Shown in pieces: positions 26,767 through 39,900 of a stretch of DNA of 45,992 nucleotides. The notes beneath the pieces were generated by a model. That model was not told where the DNA came from and made no database searches. It saw only the letters and a list, made by a program, of their open reading frames with translations. Both the position numbers and the translations under genes were made by a program. Position 1 is the first letter of the stretch; every line of letters begins with the position of its first letter. The stretch is from Chiloscyllium plagiosum (taxonomy: Eukaryota), in the NCBI RefSeq assembly GCF_004010195.1, contig NC_057753.1, forward strand, positions 6,547,483-6,593,474. Direction: 5' to 3'.

Positions 26767-27218
26767 NNNNNNNNNNNNNNNNNNNNNNNNNNNNNNNNNN
26801 NNNNNNNNNNNNNNNNNNNNNNNNNNNNNNNNNNNNNNNNNNNNNNNNNNNNNNNNNNNNNNNNNNNNNNNNNNNNNNNNNNNNNNNNNNNNNNNNNNNN
26901 NNNNNNNNNNNNNNNNNNNNNNNNNNNNNNNNNNNNNNNNNNNNNNNNNNNNNNNNNNNNNNNNNNNNNNNNNNNNNNNNNNNNNNNNNNNNNNNNNNNN
27001 NNNNNNNNNNNNNNNNNNNNNNNNNNNNNNNNNNNNNNNNNNNNNNNNNNNNNNNNNNNNNNNNNNNNNNNNNNNNNNNNNNNNNNNNNNNNNNNNNNNN
27101 NNNNNNNNNNNNNNNNNNNNNNNNNNNNNNNNNNNNNNNNNNNNNNNNNNNNNNNNNNNNNNNNNNNNNNNNNNNNNNNNNNNNNNNNNNNNNNNNNNNN
27201 NNNNNNNNNNNNNNNNNN
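26767..27218. other. Assembly gap (452 N)
   Basis: Run of N. Confidence 1.
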
Positions 27219-30011
27219 CAAAATGTTCTATCTTTACAGATGTCAATCAAAAACACGGACTACGTTTCTGTACTTAACTACATTGTGGTTTATTGCACAT
27301 CACTAAGTTCGAGCTGAAAGTCGATTACTTTGAACTCGTAACCTTTAACTAAATTATGTTATTCCCTATTCCACTTATAATGGTCCCCGACATAAGCATA
27401 GAAATGTATGTGTGTGTATATATATGTAATAAAATTCGTTTATGTAGGGAGAGAGAAAATAAACGCAGGGCGGTGTTACAGTTACCCACAGCGTGCACTG
27501 AGGTGTTGTCTTTTTTAAATAGTATTTGGCCGCTGTTGAGCAAATCTCCAGCTCTTTTTCGCTTGCTTGCTAAAGACAGAGCGTCATAATGTAGTACAGC
27601 AACGAAAGAAAAACCTTCAGTCCAACTACTTCCTACCGTCCATAATTAGAAACTGAACAGGTCACGTCTGCCTGGATTTGGTCCATCTGGCTTCGACTCT
27701 TTCCTATTCATGGACATATTCAAACGTAGTTTTAACATTGCAATGGAATCCGCACACATGACCACCCCTGCGAATTCATTCTGCACACAGACCACCCTCT
27801 ATGCAAAAGATGTCCCCTCTCATGTCTTTGCATATCTCTCATCTCACCTTAAAATTATACCCTCTAGTCTCAATATACTCCAGTCATGGTTTTATATACC
27901 TGTAAGTTCACCGTTCAACCTCCAAAGCTTCAGTGAAAATGAATACTCAACCTTTCAAGTTATTCCTGAGAAGTCAAAGGTTCCATAACCCTCAGCATCC
28001 TGGTTAAAAAAAAACATGCTGAACTCCCCAATTTCATTATATAGCATTCCAATAATTGGAACAATTGAGGACTGCAGACTGCAGAAGCTGGAGATCAGAG
28101 TCAAAAATTGTGGTGTTGGAAAAGCACAGCCGGTCATACAGCATGCGATGAGCAGGAGACCCGATGTTTCTCACAGAAGCACTTCCTCAGGAATGCGTGA
28201 TGAAGAGCTGACACTCAAAACGTTGACTCTCCCTCTCTGCAGATGCTGCCTGCACGGCTGTGGTTTTCTAGCAACAGAATTTTTGACTCTTTCCCATAAT
28301 GGGTTGAAACGGACTGGACAACAATGCTCCGTGGGAGACGTCACTAAAATTTTTAATCTAAAGATGACGTCCCAATTCCTATCCTCAAACGTCTGGACAG
28401 TGAAGGCCAGCATACTAAATGCATTCTTAACTATCCTATAAATGTGTGACATAAAGTTCAAAGAATTATGTACCTAATCTCCGAAGTCAGTCTTATCTAT
28501 AATACCATGTAATGTCTTGCTTTAATTGAATATTTCCTGCCTTGTTGTTTTGCAAAATGAATGTTTCATATTCATTCCTGTTGAACTAGGTCTGCCATTG
28601 TTCCACGCCTTCTCTCGTCCTCTAGAAATCAGTTTATAATCTTAGAAAACTGTCTTCACTGATTAATGGCCAGCGTTTTTGCTGTCATCCATAACCTTAC
28701 TAATTTTTGCTCTATTCTGTAACAAGATGAGGGCGTCGCTGGCTAGGCAGCATATATTGTCCATCCGTAATTGCTGGTAACAGGTCTCTAATCCGAAAAA
28801 AAAACAACCATCTACCAACCCTCTCTGTATCTTGCTAGCAAATATATTTCATATTCAATTGCCATATTCACCCTGAATCCCATGTGATCAAACTTTATTG
28901 ATTAGACGAGAATGTGAATCCTTGTCACAGGCTTTACTGAAGTCCAAGTAAACAACATGAACCAGTTCACTTATCGATGGTTTTGGATGTATCCTCAGAA
29001 AACTCAATCACCTGTTGGAGACGTGATTTCCCGTGCACAAAATTATGCTGACTCATCAATCCTTGACTCAGATAATGCCTACACATCCTACATTTTAGCA
29101 GCGCTTACAAGAACCTATCCATCATTAAAGATGGACTCAATATATCTGCAAGTCCTCGGTTTCTCCTTATATCCCTTTATAAGCAATGCCACTCTCCAGT
29201 CATCTGGCATCTCTTTCGTGATATGCATGATGCACATGTGTCTGCAAGGGCCCTGTGAATTCCTACCTAATTTTCCTAAATGTACTGAGGCATCTGACAT
29301 CAGGTCACGAAAATGTATCGATATTTATATTTTCTAAGACTTCCAAAAGATCCTGGTCTGTGGTGTGAACAATTTCAAAACACCAATATTTAGTTCTCTG
29401 CATTCTCTCGCCTTTGTTGATTTAACTACAGTAAAAAAAGAAGAGGACATAAAGTATTCACTTACTATCACATCTGTCTCGTGGGATTGAACAGAAAGGC
29501 GACCTCTTCGAACTGTATTGGGTCCTCCTCTCTCTTTTGCCCTTTTGATCAGCATCACTATTGTCACCTTCCCCGCCACAGCAGGAGGTGCACAAGCTGC
29601 CCCTGCATCATCTCCTCACCTCCAACACAGACCCCAAAGAATCCTTTCACATCAAACAGAAATTTACTTGTACCTCCAAAAATTTCACTTACTGTATCCT
29701 TTGCACTTGATGTGGTCGTCTGTAGATTGCAGAGAGTGGATGTCAACTTGTGGATCGTTTCAGAGAACCTCGCTTCGAAACCCGCACTAACCAACCCCAT
29801 TGCCCTGTGGTGGAACACTTCAACTCTCCCACACGCTTCACCAGGGACATGCAAGTTCCTGGGCCTCTTCCATCGCCAAACCTTAGCGATACAAAGACTG
29901 AAGGAAGAACGCCTCTTCTTCTGCCTTTGAAAAGTGCAACTATACCGGATTAAATGGACTTCAAACGTTTCCTCATTTGCTCTTCCCTCAGTTTATCTCA
30001 GTCCAAAGATT

Positions 30012-30540
30012 CCAACTTGATAAAATCTGCTGGATCTATCAATCGGCTTTCTCATCGATCCATTGTCTCCCATCTCTGACCGATATCCTTCCCCACCTTC
30101 ATCTACCTTTTGCCTTCTCAGCTATCTTCCAGCGAAACCCACCCACTTCCATTAAACTCTCAAACATCCTCCCACAAGCCTCATTCCGGACGACAGTCTG
30201 ATGACTGAAACTCGATTCTCCTGCTCCTCGGTTACTGCTTGACATGGTTTGCTTTTCAGACTCTGATCTAAAGCATCTGCAGTCCTCACATTCTCCCGAT
30301 ACATTGCTTTGTTTCAGATATTCAGTGATTTATGAGCAATCGGTAATGATGTTTATTGCTGTTTCTCCCCAACCACATGAGCCCCATTACATTTATTAAG
30401 CGATGTTTGTCTGAAACGTTATCGGAGAACTGCAGGCATGTTTCCTTTCTTCTTCTTGACTAGAACCTCAGTATGTTTACTCATTTATTGTACCCAAATC
30501 TTACCAGGCTTGCATTTCACTTTCACAATGAACATAATTA
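30012..30540 (+). repeat. Start of a further direct copy of the unit, cut by the assembly gap
   Basis: Matches 1-660 (without the 114-bp duplication) and ends at ...atgaacataatta before the Ns. Confidence 0.9.
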
Positions 30541-31040
30541 NNNNNNNNNNNNNNNNNNNNNNNNNNNNNNNNNNNNNNNNNNNNNNNNNNNNNNNNNNNN
30601 NNNNNNNNNNNNNNNNNNNNNNNNNNNNNNNNNNNNNNNNNNNNNNNNNNNNNNNNNNNNNNNNNNNNNNNNNNNNNNNNNNNNNNNNNNNNNNNNNNNN
30701 NNNNNNNNNNNNNNNNNNNNNNNNNNNNNNNNNNNNNNNNNNNNNNNNNNNNNNNNNNNNNNNNNNNNNNNNNNNNNNNNNNNNNNNNNNNNNNNNNNNN
30801 NNNNNNNNNNNNNNNNNNNNNNNNNNNNNNNNNNNNNNNNNNNNNNNNNNNNNNNNNNNNNNNNNNNNNNNNNNNNNNNNNNNNNNNNNNNNNNNNNNNN
30901 NNNNNNNNNNNNNNNNNNNNNNNNNNNNNNNNNNNNNNNNNNNNNNNNNNNNNNNNNNNNNNNNNNNNNNNNNNNNNNNNNNNNNNNNNNNNNNNNNNNN
31001 NNNNNNNNNNNNNNNNNNNNNNNNNNNNNNNNNNNNNNNN
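30541..31040. other. Assembly gap (500 N) at the inversion point
   Basis: Run of N, with unit orientation flipping across it. Confidence 1.
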
Positions 31041-33013
31041 AGAGATGGGAAAGCCGATTGATAGTTCCAGCAGGTTTTATCGAGTTGGAGTCTTGGAACT
31101 GAGATAAACTGAGGGAAGAGGAAATGAGGAAACTTATGAAGTCTATTTTAATCCGGTATGGTTGCACTTTCCAAAGGCAGAAGAAGAGGTGTTCTTCCTT
31201 CAGGCTTTGAATGGTTAAGGTTTGGCGATGGAACAGGCCCAGGACTTGCATGTCCTTGGTGGAGTGTGTAGGAGAGCTGAAGTGTTCAACCACAGGACAA
31301 TGTGGTTGGTTGGTGCGGTGTCCCAGCGAAGTTCTTTGAAACGATCCACAAGTTGACATCCACTCTCTGCAATGTACAGACGACCACATCAAGTGCAACG
31401 GATACAGTAATTGACATTTGTGGAGGTACAGGTAAACTTCTGTCTGTTGTGATGGGATTCTTTCGGATCTTAGATGCAGATGAGGGGACGATGCAGGGGC
31501 AGGTGCTGCACTTCCCGCTGTGGCAGGGACAGGGAAAATAGTGATTCTGAGCAAAAGGGCAAAACAGAGTATGACCCAATAAACGTTGAAGAGGTCGCCT
31601 TTGTGTTCAATCCCACGGTAGCATGTCATATTAAGTGAATATCTTTTTTCCTCTCTTTTTTACTGGAGTGAAATAAACAAAGGCGAGAGAATGCAGAGAA
31701 TTAAATATTGGTGTTTTGAAATTGTTCACACCACAGACCAGGAATTGTTGAAAGTCTTAGAAAATATAGATAACGATACATTACCATGACATGATGTCAC
31801 ATGTCTCAGAACATTCAGGAAAATTAGCGAGTAATTTACAGGGCCCTTGCAGACACGTATGCATCATGTATATCAATGAGAGAGATGCTAGATCACTGGA
31901 GAGTGGCACTGTTTATAAAGGGATAGAAGGAGAAACCGAGGACTTGCAGATATATTGAGTCCATCTTTAATGATGGGTAGGTTCTTGTAAGTGCTGATAA
32001 AATTTAGGATGTGCATGCATTGCCTGAGTTAAAGATTGATGAATCAGCATAATTTTGTGTGCAGGATTTCGTGTCTCCAACAGGTGATTGAGTTTTCTGA
32101 GGAAACATCCAAAAAGATCGATAAGCGAAACTGGTTCATGTTGTTTACTTGGACTTCAGTAAAACCTGTGACAAGGCTTCATATTCTCGTCTAATTAGTA
32201 AAGTTTGATTGCATGGGATTCAGGGTTACCCTGGCAATTGAATATGAAATATGATTGCTAGCAAGAGACGGAGAGGGGTGGAACATAGTGGTTTTTTCGG
32301 CCGAGAGACCTGTTTCCAGCAATTAGGGATGGACAATATATGCTGCCCAGCCAGTGGCGCCCTCACCTTGTTACAAAATGAAGCAAAAGTCAATAAGGCA
32401 ATGGATGACAGCAAAAACGTTGGCCATTAGTCAGTGAAGACAGTTTTCTAAGAATACAAAGTGATTTCAATAGGATGGGTGAAGGCGTGGAACAATGTCA
32501 GACCCAGTTCAACAGGAATGAATATAAAACATTCATTTTGCAAAACTACAAGGCAGGAAATATTCAATTAAATCAAGACCTTATATGGTATTATAGATAA
32601 GACTGACCTCGGAGAATAGGTACATAATTCTTTGAACTTTATGTCACACATTTATAGGATAGTTAAGAATGCAGTTAGTATGCCGGCCTTCACTGTCCAG
32701 ACGTTTGAGGATAAGAATTGGGACGTCATCTTTAGATTTTAAAATGTTAGTGACGTATCCCGTGGAGCATTGTTGTCCATTCCGTTTCAACCCATGATGG
32801 AAAAGAGCCAAACATTCTGTTGCTAGAAAACCACAGCCGTTCAGGCAACGTCTGCAGAGAGTGAGAGTCAACGTTTTGAACATAAGCTCTTCATCACGCA
32901 TTCCTGAGAAAGTGCTTCTGCTCGAAACATCGGGTCTCCTGCTCCTCGGATGCTCTCTGAGGTGCTGTAATTTTCCAACACCACAATTTTTGACTCTGAT
33001 CTCCAGCTTCTGC

Positions 33014-33335
33014 AGTCTGCTGTCCTCAATTGTTCTGATTATTGGAATGCTTTATAACGAAGTTGGGAAAGTTCAGGATTTTTTTTAACCTAACGAAGTT
33101 GGGAAAGTTCAGGATTTTTTTTAACCAGGATGCCGAGGGTTATGGAACCTTTGACTTCTCAGGAATGACTTGAAAGGCAGAGTATTTATTTTAGTCTGCT
33201 GTCCTCAATTGTTCTGATTATTGGAATGCTTAATAACGAAGTTGGGAAAGTTCAGGATTTTTTTTAACCAGGATGCCGAGGGTTATGGAACCTTTGACAT
33301 CTCAGGAATAACTTGAAAGGCAGAGTATTTATTTT
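33014..33335. repeat. Nested tandem duplications (about 143-bp unit x2, first unit containing a 36-bp duplication)
   Basis: 33014-33192 is similar to 33193-33335. taacgaagttgggaaagttcaggattttttttaacc occurs at 33055-33090 and 33091-33126. The sequence is single-copy in A and B. Confidence 0.9.
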
Positions 33336-36300
33336 CACTGCAGCTTTGGAAGTTGAACGGTGAACTTACAGGTGTATAAGACCATGAGATTTATCGCTAA
33401 ATTTAATGCTCAGTGATCTTTTGCTTGACTGGGATATGTTGAGACTAGAGGATATAATTTTAAGGTGAGATGAGAGATATGCAAAGACCTGAGAGGGGAC
33501 ATCTTTTGCATTGAGTGTGGTCAGTGTGCAGAATGAATTGGCAGGGGAAGTCATGTGTGCGGATTCCACTGCAATGTTAAAACTACGTTTGGATATGTCC
33601 TTGAATAGGAAAGATTCGAAGCCAGATGGACCAATACTGAACGTGACCTGTTCAGTTGCTAATTATGGACGGTAGGAAGTAGTTGGACTGAAGATTTTTC
33701 TTCTGTTCCTGTGCTACGTTATGATGCAATGTCTATCACAAGCCAACGAAAAGGAGCTTGAGATGTACTCAACAGCAGCCAAATATTAGTAAAAAAAAAG
33801 ACAACACCTCCGTGCACTCTGTGGTTAATTGTAACACCGTCCTGTATTTTTTTTCTCTCTCTCCCTACATAATCGCATTTTATTACATATATACACACAC
33901 ATGCATTTCAATGCCTATGTGGGTGACCGTTATAAGTGGAATAGGGAATAATCTAGTCTTTTTAAAAGTTACGAGTTCAAAGTAATCGACTTTCAGCTGG
34001 AACTTGGTGATGTGCAATAAACCACAATGTAGTTAAGTACAGAAACGTGTTTTTAGTTGACATCTGTCTGTAAAGACAGGATATTTTGGAAAGATCACAA
34101 ACATTAAGAAATAATTTAATCTTTTCACATTCCTGGCCATAGTGGTTCATGATTTCCAACATACTCCAAAACTGGATGCTGAAAAATCTGGGGTCATTTC
34201 GATAAGAATTAATTTCTCTGCATGGATGCTTTACGAACAATTAGCACACGTGTAGGGAATGCTAAGTTTCGTTCTGCCTTAAAAAATATTACTGGACAGG
34301 TAAAGTATATCTTATAGTTCCTTGAATTTTCTATGATTGCTTGAAGGGAAGTAGAAAGCCCAAGCTGATTCAAATTGGAGGATTCCCTGACCGCACTGTT
34401 GTCTGACCGAGCTGAGGATGCAAAACATTGTTGAGGATTCACCATGGCAGATAGCAGGAAACATTCAAATATTTAAAATATTCTGACTGTTCACTTTCTT
34501 CGTGTCGAATCGAAACACAAGCAGCGAGATTAATTATGGAAGTGATGAGGAGCAATTTAAATATCACAACTTGCATGACCAGGAACAAATGTTTAAACTG
34601 AACCAATTGCTTTCACGTTCTCAGTACTCACAAATACACCCACGCGTTGACTACTAATGATATAATCATAAAGTTAAGTCATTGAAGATTCTGTCATTTT
34701 AATAACGTTGTTTTTCAAAGTGGGAGATTTCAAGCCACATTTAAGGAGAATTAGCAATGGGTTAAATTGGGATAGGTTCAAAATTTCATATCGGATCAGC
34801 TGAAAGCAAGAAAATGTCGTTTTTTGCCATAATTCCAAGAGGTGCAAAGAAAACTGCATTTGAGTCACTCTCTGTCAGATATTTGTTATTTGTCGATCAA
34901 TTGATATATTTTCGTCTGAACACTGCGGGTATCAAGGTATGAAAAGTCAATGAAAATTGAGTTCACAGTGAATAAGTGGGAAGCGATTCATTTCAGAAGG
35001 TCGAATTTAAATGCAGGTTTAAAGGCAGCTTTAAAGGCATGGTTCTTGCAAGTGTCGAGGAACAGAGGAATCTTGGGGTCCATGTCCATACATTTCTTGA
35101 AGGTTAATTCTAGTTGATAGTGCTGTGAAGAAGGCATGTGCAGCTTTGGCTTTCATTCGGAACGGGATTGAATTTAATAGCCGCGAGATTTTACTACACC
35201 TCGAAAGAGACCTGTTTAGACCACACCTGGAATAATGTTTCCAGTTACTTTCACCTCATTTTCGGAGGATGTGAAAGCTTTAGATGTTGCCTGGCTGGAG
35301 GGAATATTTAATGAATTAAGTTGGAGGCAGCTAAGATTTATCACTTTGGAGTGAAGAACCGTGAGAGGCGATTTGGTAAAGTTGCACATGGTGATGAGAG
35401 GCAAAGATAGAGTGATTTGTCAGAGACTAAGTTTACCCCCAGGACAGAAATGGCTATCAAAAGAGAGAATATATGTAGGTGATTGGAGCAAGTTTTAAAG
35501 GAGATGTTCGCGGCCAGTTATTTAAAGGGGTACGTGGAATATACTGGCAGTTCTGCTAGTAGAATTTGACGTATTAATAAAATTGGAGCGACCCTTGATC
35601 AGGCACATGGGTAGTAGTACAATGAAGAATGTGTAGGTTAGTTTGATCTGAGAATAAGATAAAAAGCTGGCACAGCATCGAGGGTCGAAGGGCCTGTACT
35701 ATTCTATGTTTCACAGTTGTTGCCTTCCAGACTTCCTGGCTCCCAATTTGCTAATGAGCAGTTGAAGTCCTGGGAAAAAACGTTTGTACAAAATTTTGGC
35801 TGATTCTCGACATTTATGACTCGATGACCAAACGGCTGATGGTCCAAACTGTCAGATCGGCTTTTTGGTGAGATCACAGCTGGACCGTGTAGCCTTGCGG
35901 GAAGCAGTCAGTAGTTGTTACATTTTTGATCATTTCTATGACGAATTCACACCCAAAAAACAGGAGTTCGAATGCGATAGTAAATGCAAAAACTCAAAGG
36001 ATGAGCAGGAATATATCATTCGAGCGCTGGAAACCGCTGCAGCATTCATTATACTGAGGAATCATCAACTTATCCATTCCACAGTCTATCTAAGCCCACA
36101 TACCCATTGATACATATCGCCACCAGTCTATGTGTGTCTCCTTCTGCACAACATTGTTAAAAATCACACAACAACATGTTATTGCCTCAGTGGTTTATTT
36201 AAAAACACTAGCTTTCGAAGCGCTGTCTCTTCATCAGGTGGCTGTGGAACACGATCACACAGCACAGAATGTAGAGCACAAGTGTTACAGTGTCATGGAG

Positions 36301-36474
36301 TTGTTATGATATATTAAACAACTCTATTTAAAAATCACACAACAACCGATTATAGCTCGTAAACAAATTTAGATTAAGAGTTTCTTCTTTTTGACGGGAT
36401 ATGGTGTTTTATGTTCTTTAAAATGGAAATCCCAGAATTATATTTTCAAGATGAAGTCAGCCTATCTAATAATA

Positions 36475-36700
36475 TGCATGATTCGGAGATGCCGGTGTTG
36501 GACTGGGGTGTACAAAGTTAAAAATCACACAACACCAGGTTATTGTCCAACATGTTTAATTAGAAGCACACTAGCATTCGGAGCGACACTCTTTCATCAG
36601 GTGATCAGGACAATCACCTGCTGAAGGAGCGTTGCTCCGAAACCTCGTGTGCTTCCAATTAAATCTGTTGGACTATAACCTGGTGTTGTGTGATTTTTAA
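36475..36700. mobile_element. Palindromic PLE terminal-repeat insertion with 13-bp TSD
   Basis: About 90-bp inverted arms lie at 36516-36605 and 36613-36702 with a 7-nt spacer. TSD ctatctaataata is at 36462-36474 and 36701-36713. The site is empty in B (24657-24669). The same insertion end is visible in A at 7844-7880. Confidence 0.88.
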
Positions 36701-37089
36701 CTATCTAATAATAGGTGTCATCTTAACTCAGGCAATGCATTAAATGTCTGATTGTAATCTCAGTACCAATGTTGAGTCAAATCTATTTCTAAAGTGAGGC
36801 TGCTCAAGACGACTTTATCAAGAGCAAATAGTTGTGAACTATCCATGCTGATTGACAGCGACGCTGAAGTCTCACAAACGAATAAAAAATAGATCAACGT
36901 GTCCATCACATTGTGTTCACGGGATACAGATCTTCAACAAGTGATTGCTCTGAATCCAAGCATTCTCCAGATTGAATAATAACTGATAGCATTTCGAGCC
37001 AATAAACAAATAATTCTGCAACCTAATTCCTCACGAGGAATGGTTTGGCTGGCGTTTTGCCGTTTGCAAATTCCATCTCCCACATTCAT

Positions 37090-38068
37090 TTTCGTAGCAA
37101 GCTGCCCGGCTCTGAGGACAACTCCATATACCCCTTTCACGGTAGGCGCTGCAAGTCGTGTCAGGGTATGGACATAGATAGCACCATTATACGTGGGGAC
37201 ACCTCCCATCATGTAGGTGGCACGTACTCATGTGACTAAGTCAACGTTGTCTATCTTATAAGTTGCAGGCAAGGATGCCCGGAGGCATGGTATATTGAGG
37301 AAAGTAAGCAAAGGCTATGACAACGGATGAGTGGGCACCGCACAACAATTAACAGACAAGAGTGTTCACTCCCATTTGGGGAACACTTCAGTGGTCCAGG
37401 ACATTCGACCTCGGAACTTCGGAACACACCCTTACAGACACACACTCCCACATTCACACACACTCCCCCTTGCAGACGGAAGATACTCTGCACTCACTAC
37501 AGACACACATACACTTTCTCACACTCGCAACCTCCAACCCAGACAGACAGACAGATACACACACACATACAGACAAAGACCCACATGCACACATATATTT
37601 TGTGGTGTCAATTTGTACTTGCAGCGTTACGTTGTAATTTTCTCCAAAACTGCGTGCATTCATGTAGAACTCTGAGCTCAAAAACTGTATGAATTCATGT
37701 AAAACTCCGTAATCTCCCTTTTTAGATTAGATTCATGGCATCGACAGAGAATGCAGCGGGCCAACATATTGTCGTCTGTCACCATTGTTAACAGCTAACC
37801 CGAGATTGCAACATTTTTTAAAAAAGGTTTTGTGATTTACACATGAAACAAGTGAAAATATCACGGCATTCTAACAGATGATATGCTTAACAGACAATCA
37901 ATCATTCAATGCATAATTTCAGTTGCATCACACTGTAAAGTTTTGCTATAAATTCTGTGTGTAAGGACTAAGCCCTCCACGACCATCTGACGAAGGAGCG
38001 ACGCTCCGAAACCTAATGTGCTTCCAATTAAAACTGTTGGACTATAACCTGGTGTTGTTATTTTTAAC
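37090..38068 (+). mobile_element. Neptune-type PLE, paralog of 23070-24300 with an internal deletion
   Basis: FHGRRCKSCQ, VVYLISCRQGCPEAWYIEE (GIY-YIG boxes) and MSGHRTTINRQE are present. About 230 bp are missing near 37420. A hammerhead core lies at 37984-38017. Confidence 0.85.
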
Positions 38069-38289
38069 TAATATCAGGGAACACATCGTATCCTTTGTAT
38101 AAGCCCTATCAACCTGGGTGGAAACTTTCAGGTATCTATGTACATGGACACCAAGATCTCTTTGTTCATTGAAACAGCCAAGAAACTTACCATCAGCCCA
38201 GTACACTTTAATCCAGTTGCGCCTTCCAAGGTCCATAGATCCCTCAAAGTTTCCACCATTCTTGCCAGGTTTGCTAAGAAGTTATTGGA

Positions 38290-39900
38290 TGTTTGACTTT
38301 CGTTAGCAGGAGGATTGAGTTTAAGAGCCGCAGGTTATACTGCAGTTCTCTGAAGCCGTTGTGAGACTAGACATGCAATGTTGTGTTCAGTTCTGGCCGG
38401 CTCAGTATAAGAAGGATGTCGAAGAATTAGAGAGGGTGCAGAAGAGATTACCAAGATGCTGCCTGGATTGGAGGGCATGTCTTATGAAAGAAAGTTTGAG
38501 GGGGCGAGGGCTGTTCTCAATGTATCGAAGAAGGATGGAAGGTGACTTGATAGAGATGTGCACAAGAATGTGAGAGGCATGGATAGAGAGGATAGCCATA
38601 GATTTTTTTCTCACAGCGGAAATGCCTATCAAGAAGGGCCACAATGTTAAGGTGATTGAAGGAAGGTTTAAGGGAACTGCCTGAGGTAGGTTCTTGGAGA
38701 AAGTGAGGACTGCAGATCCTGGAAATCAGAGTCTATGATGTCATGATGGAAAAGCACAGCAATCAGGCAGCATCGACTGAGAACGATAATCGACGTTTCG
38801 GTCATAAGTTCTTCAGCACCCACACACCCAGCTCCAGCCCCTCCCCATATCCTAGCTCCCAACCTTTCCATGTCTTCATTATTGCCCCAGACCTCCCGCC
38901 ACTGAACATAAACATTTAGTTCTCAGCAATGGCCGCAAATTCATTCCTCTACGCTCCCGGATTAATGTGTTTGACACACATTGCAACATTGGATGAAGTG
39001 ACCAAGAAGTGTAATGAGGGCAGCTGGTAGACTTAGACTCTATGATTTCTATAAGGCTTTTGATAAGTTTCCACATGGTAGGATATTAACTAAGCTGAGA
39101 TCACATGGAATCAGGGGATCTGCAAAACGTGGGCATACAATTGGCTAAGTCAAACCAATGTAGGAGATCAATGATGAAAAGTCTGGATTTAAGGAATGTA
39201 CTGGAACAAAGCGACTTGGTGTTTAAGGTGCACAATTCTCTAAACCTGGAGTCAAAGGTCGACAGGACAATGAATAAGGCTTTTGGCACACTGGCCAACA
39301 TTTTTCAGAGCATCCGGTATTGAAGTTGGGAAGTTATGTTTCAGTTGTACAGGGTTTGGTGCGACTGCATTTGTAATATCGTGTTGCGTTTTTGCCCCAT
39401 TGCTGTTGGAAAATGTTACTTAGCTGGGAAGAGAGCAGAACAACCTTACAATCTGGTTGCTAGGGCTCCACGTTCTGAATTATAGGGAGAGTGTAGACAA
39501 CTACAACTTTTCTCTTTTGAGTGCAGGATGTTGAGGGGTGTATCGTAAACAATTGTATAAGATCATCATTGGCTTGGAGTGTGTGATCACTCGCAGTCTT
39601 TTTTTCCAGAATGTGAGAATCAAGGACGTTCGAGCATGAATTTAGAATTAGAGAGGCAAGCAAGAAGGGTACCTGAGGGGAGTGGGCAACGCTGTTTGAG
39701 GATGGTATGCGTCTGGAATGAGCTGCAAGCAGAAGATGTTGCATTAACAACATTTAAAATGCATTTGGTCACATCCTTGGATAGGAAACGTTTAGAATGA
39801 AAAGGGCCAACAGCCCAAACATGGCGTTCGTGTGGATGGACAATTTGGTCCTCAAGGAACAATTTCTCTGAAGGGCCTATGTCCGTCCTGTGGGATATTA
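38290..39900 (+). mobile_element. Several CR1 RT/3' fragments with an interleaved minus-strand PLE terminal repeat (about 38697-38820)
   Basis: CCVQFWPAQYKKDVEELERVQKR, GDLIE and DFYKAFDKFPHG motifs, plus a CR1-like 3' end at about 39870. Confidence 0.75.

Larger units (their letters stand above)
13053..30011 (+). repeat. Segmental duplication unit, copy B (direct repeat of A, mosaic)
   Basis: 13053-19929 is near-identical to 1-7114. About 24660-30011 matches 7880-13052 with visibly more differences. 19930-22907 has no counterpart in the sequenced parts of A or C. Confidence 0.93.

Noticed and set aside
26767..27218. Gap longer (452 N) than the roughly 195 bp expected from copy A, suggesting a hidden insertion
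   Set aside because: Gap-size estimates are too imprecise to support an insertion.
33055..33270. Three copies of a 36-bp sequence, superficially CRISPR-like
   Set aside because: Two copies are directly adjacent, the third arises from a larger tandem duplication, there are no unique spacers or cas genes, and the context is eukaryotic.
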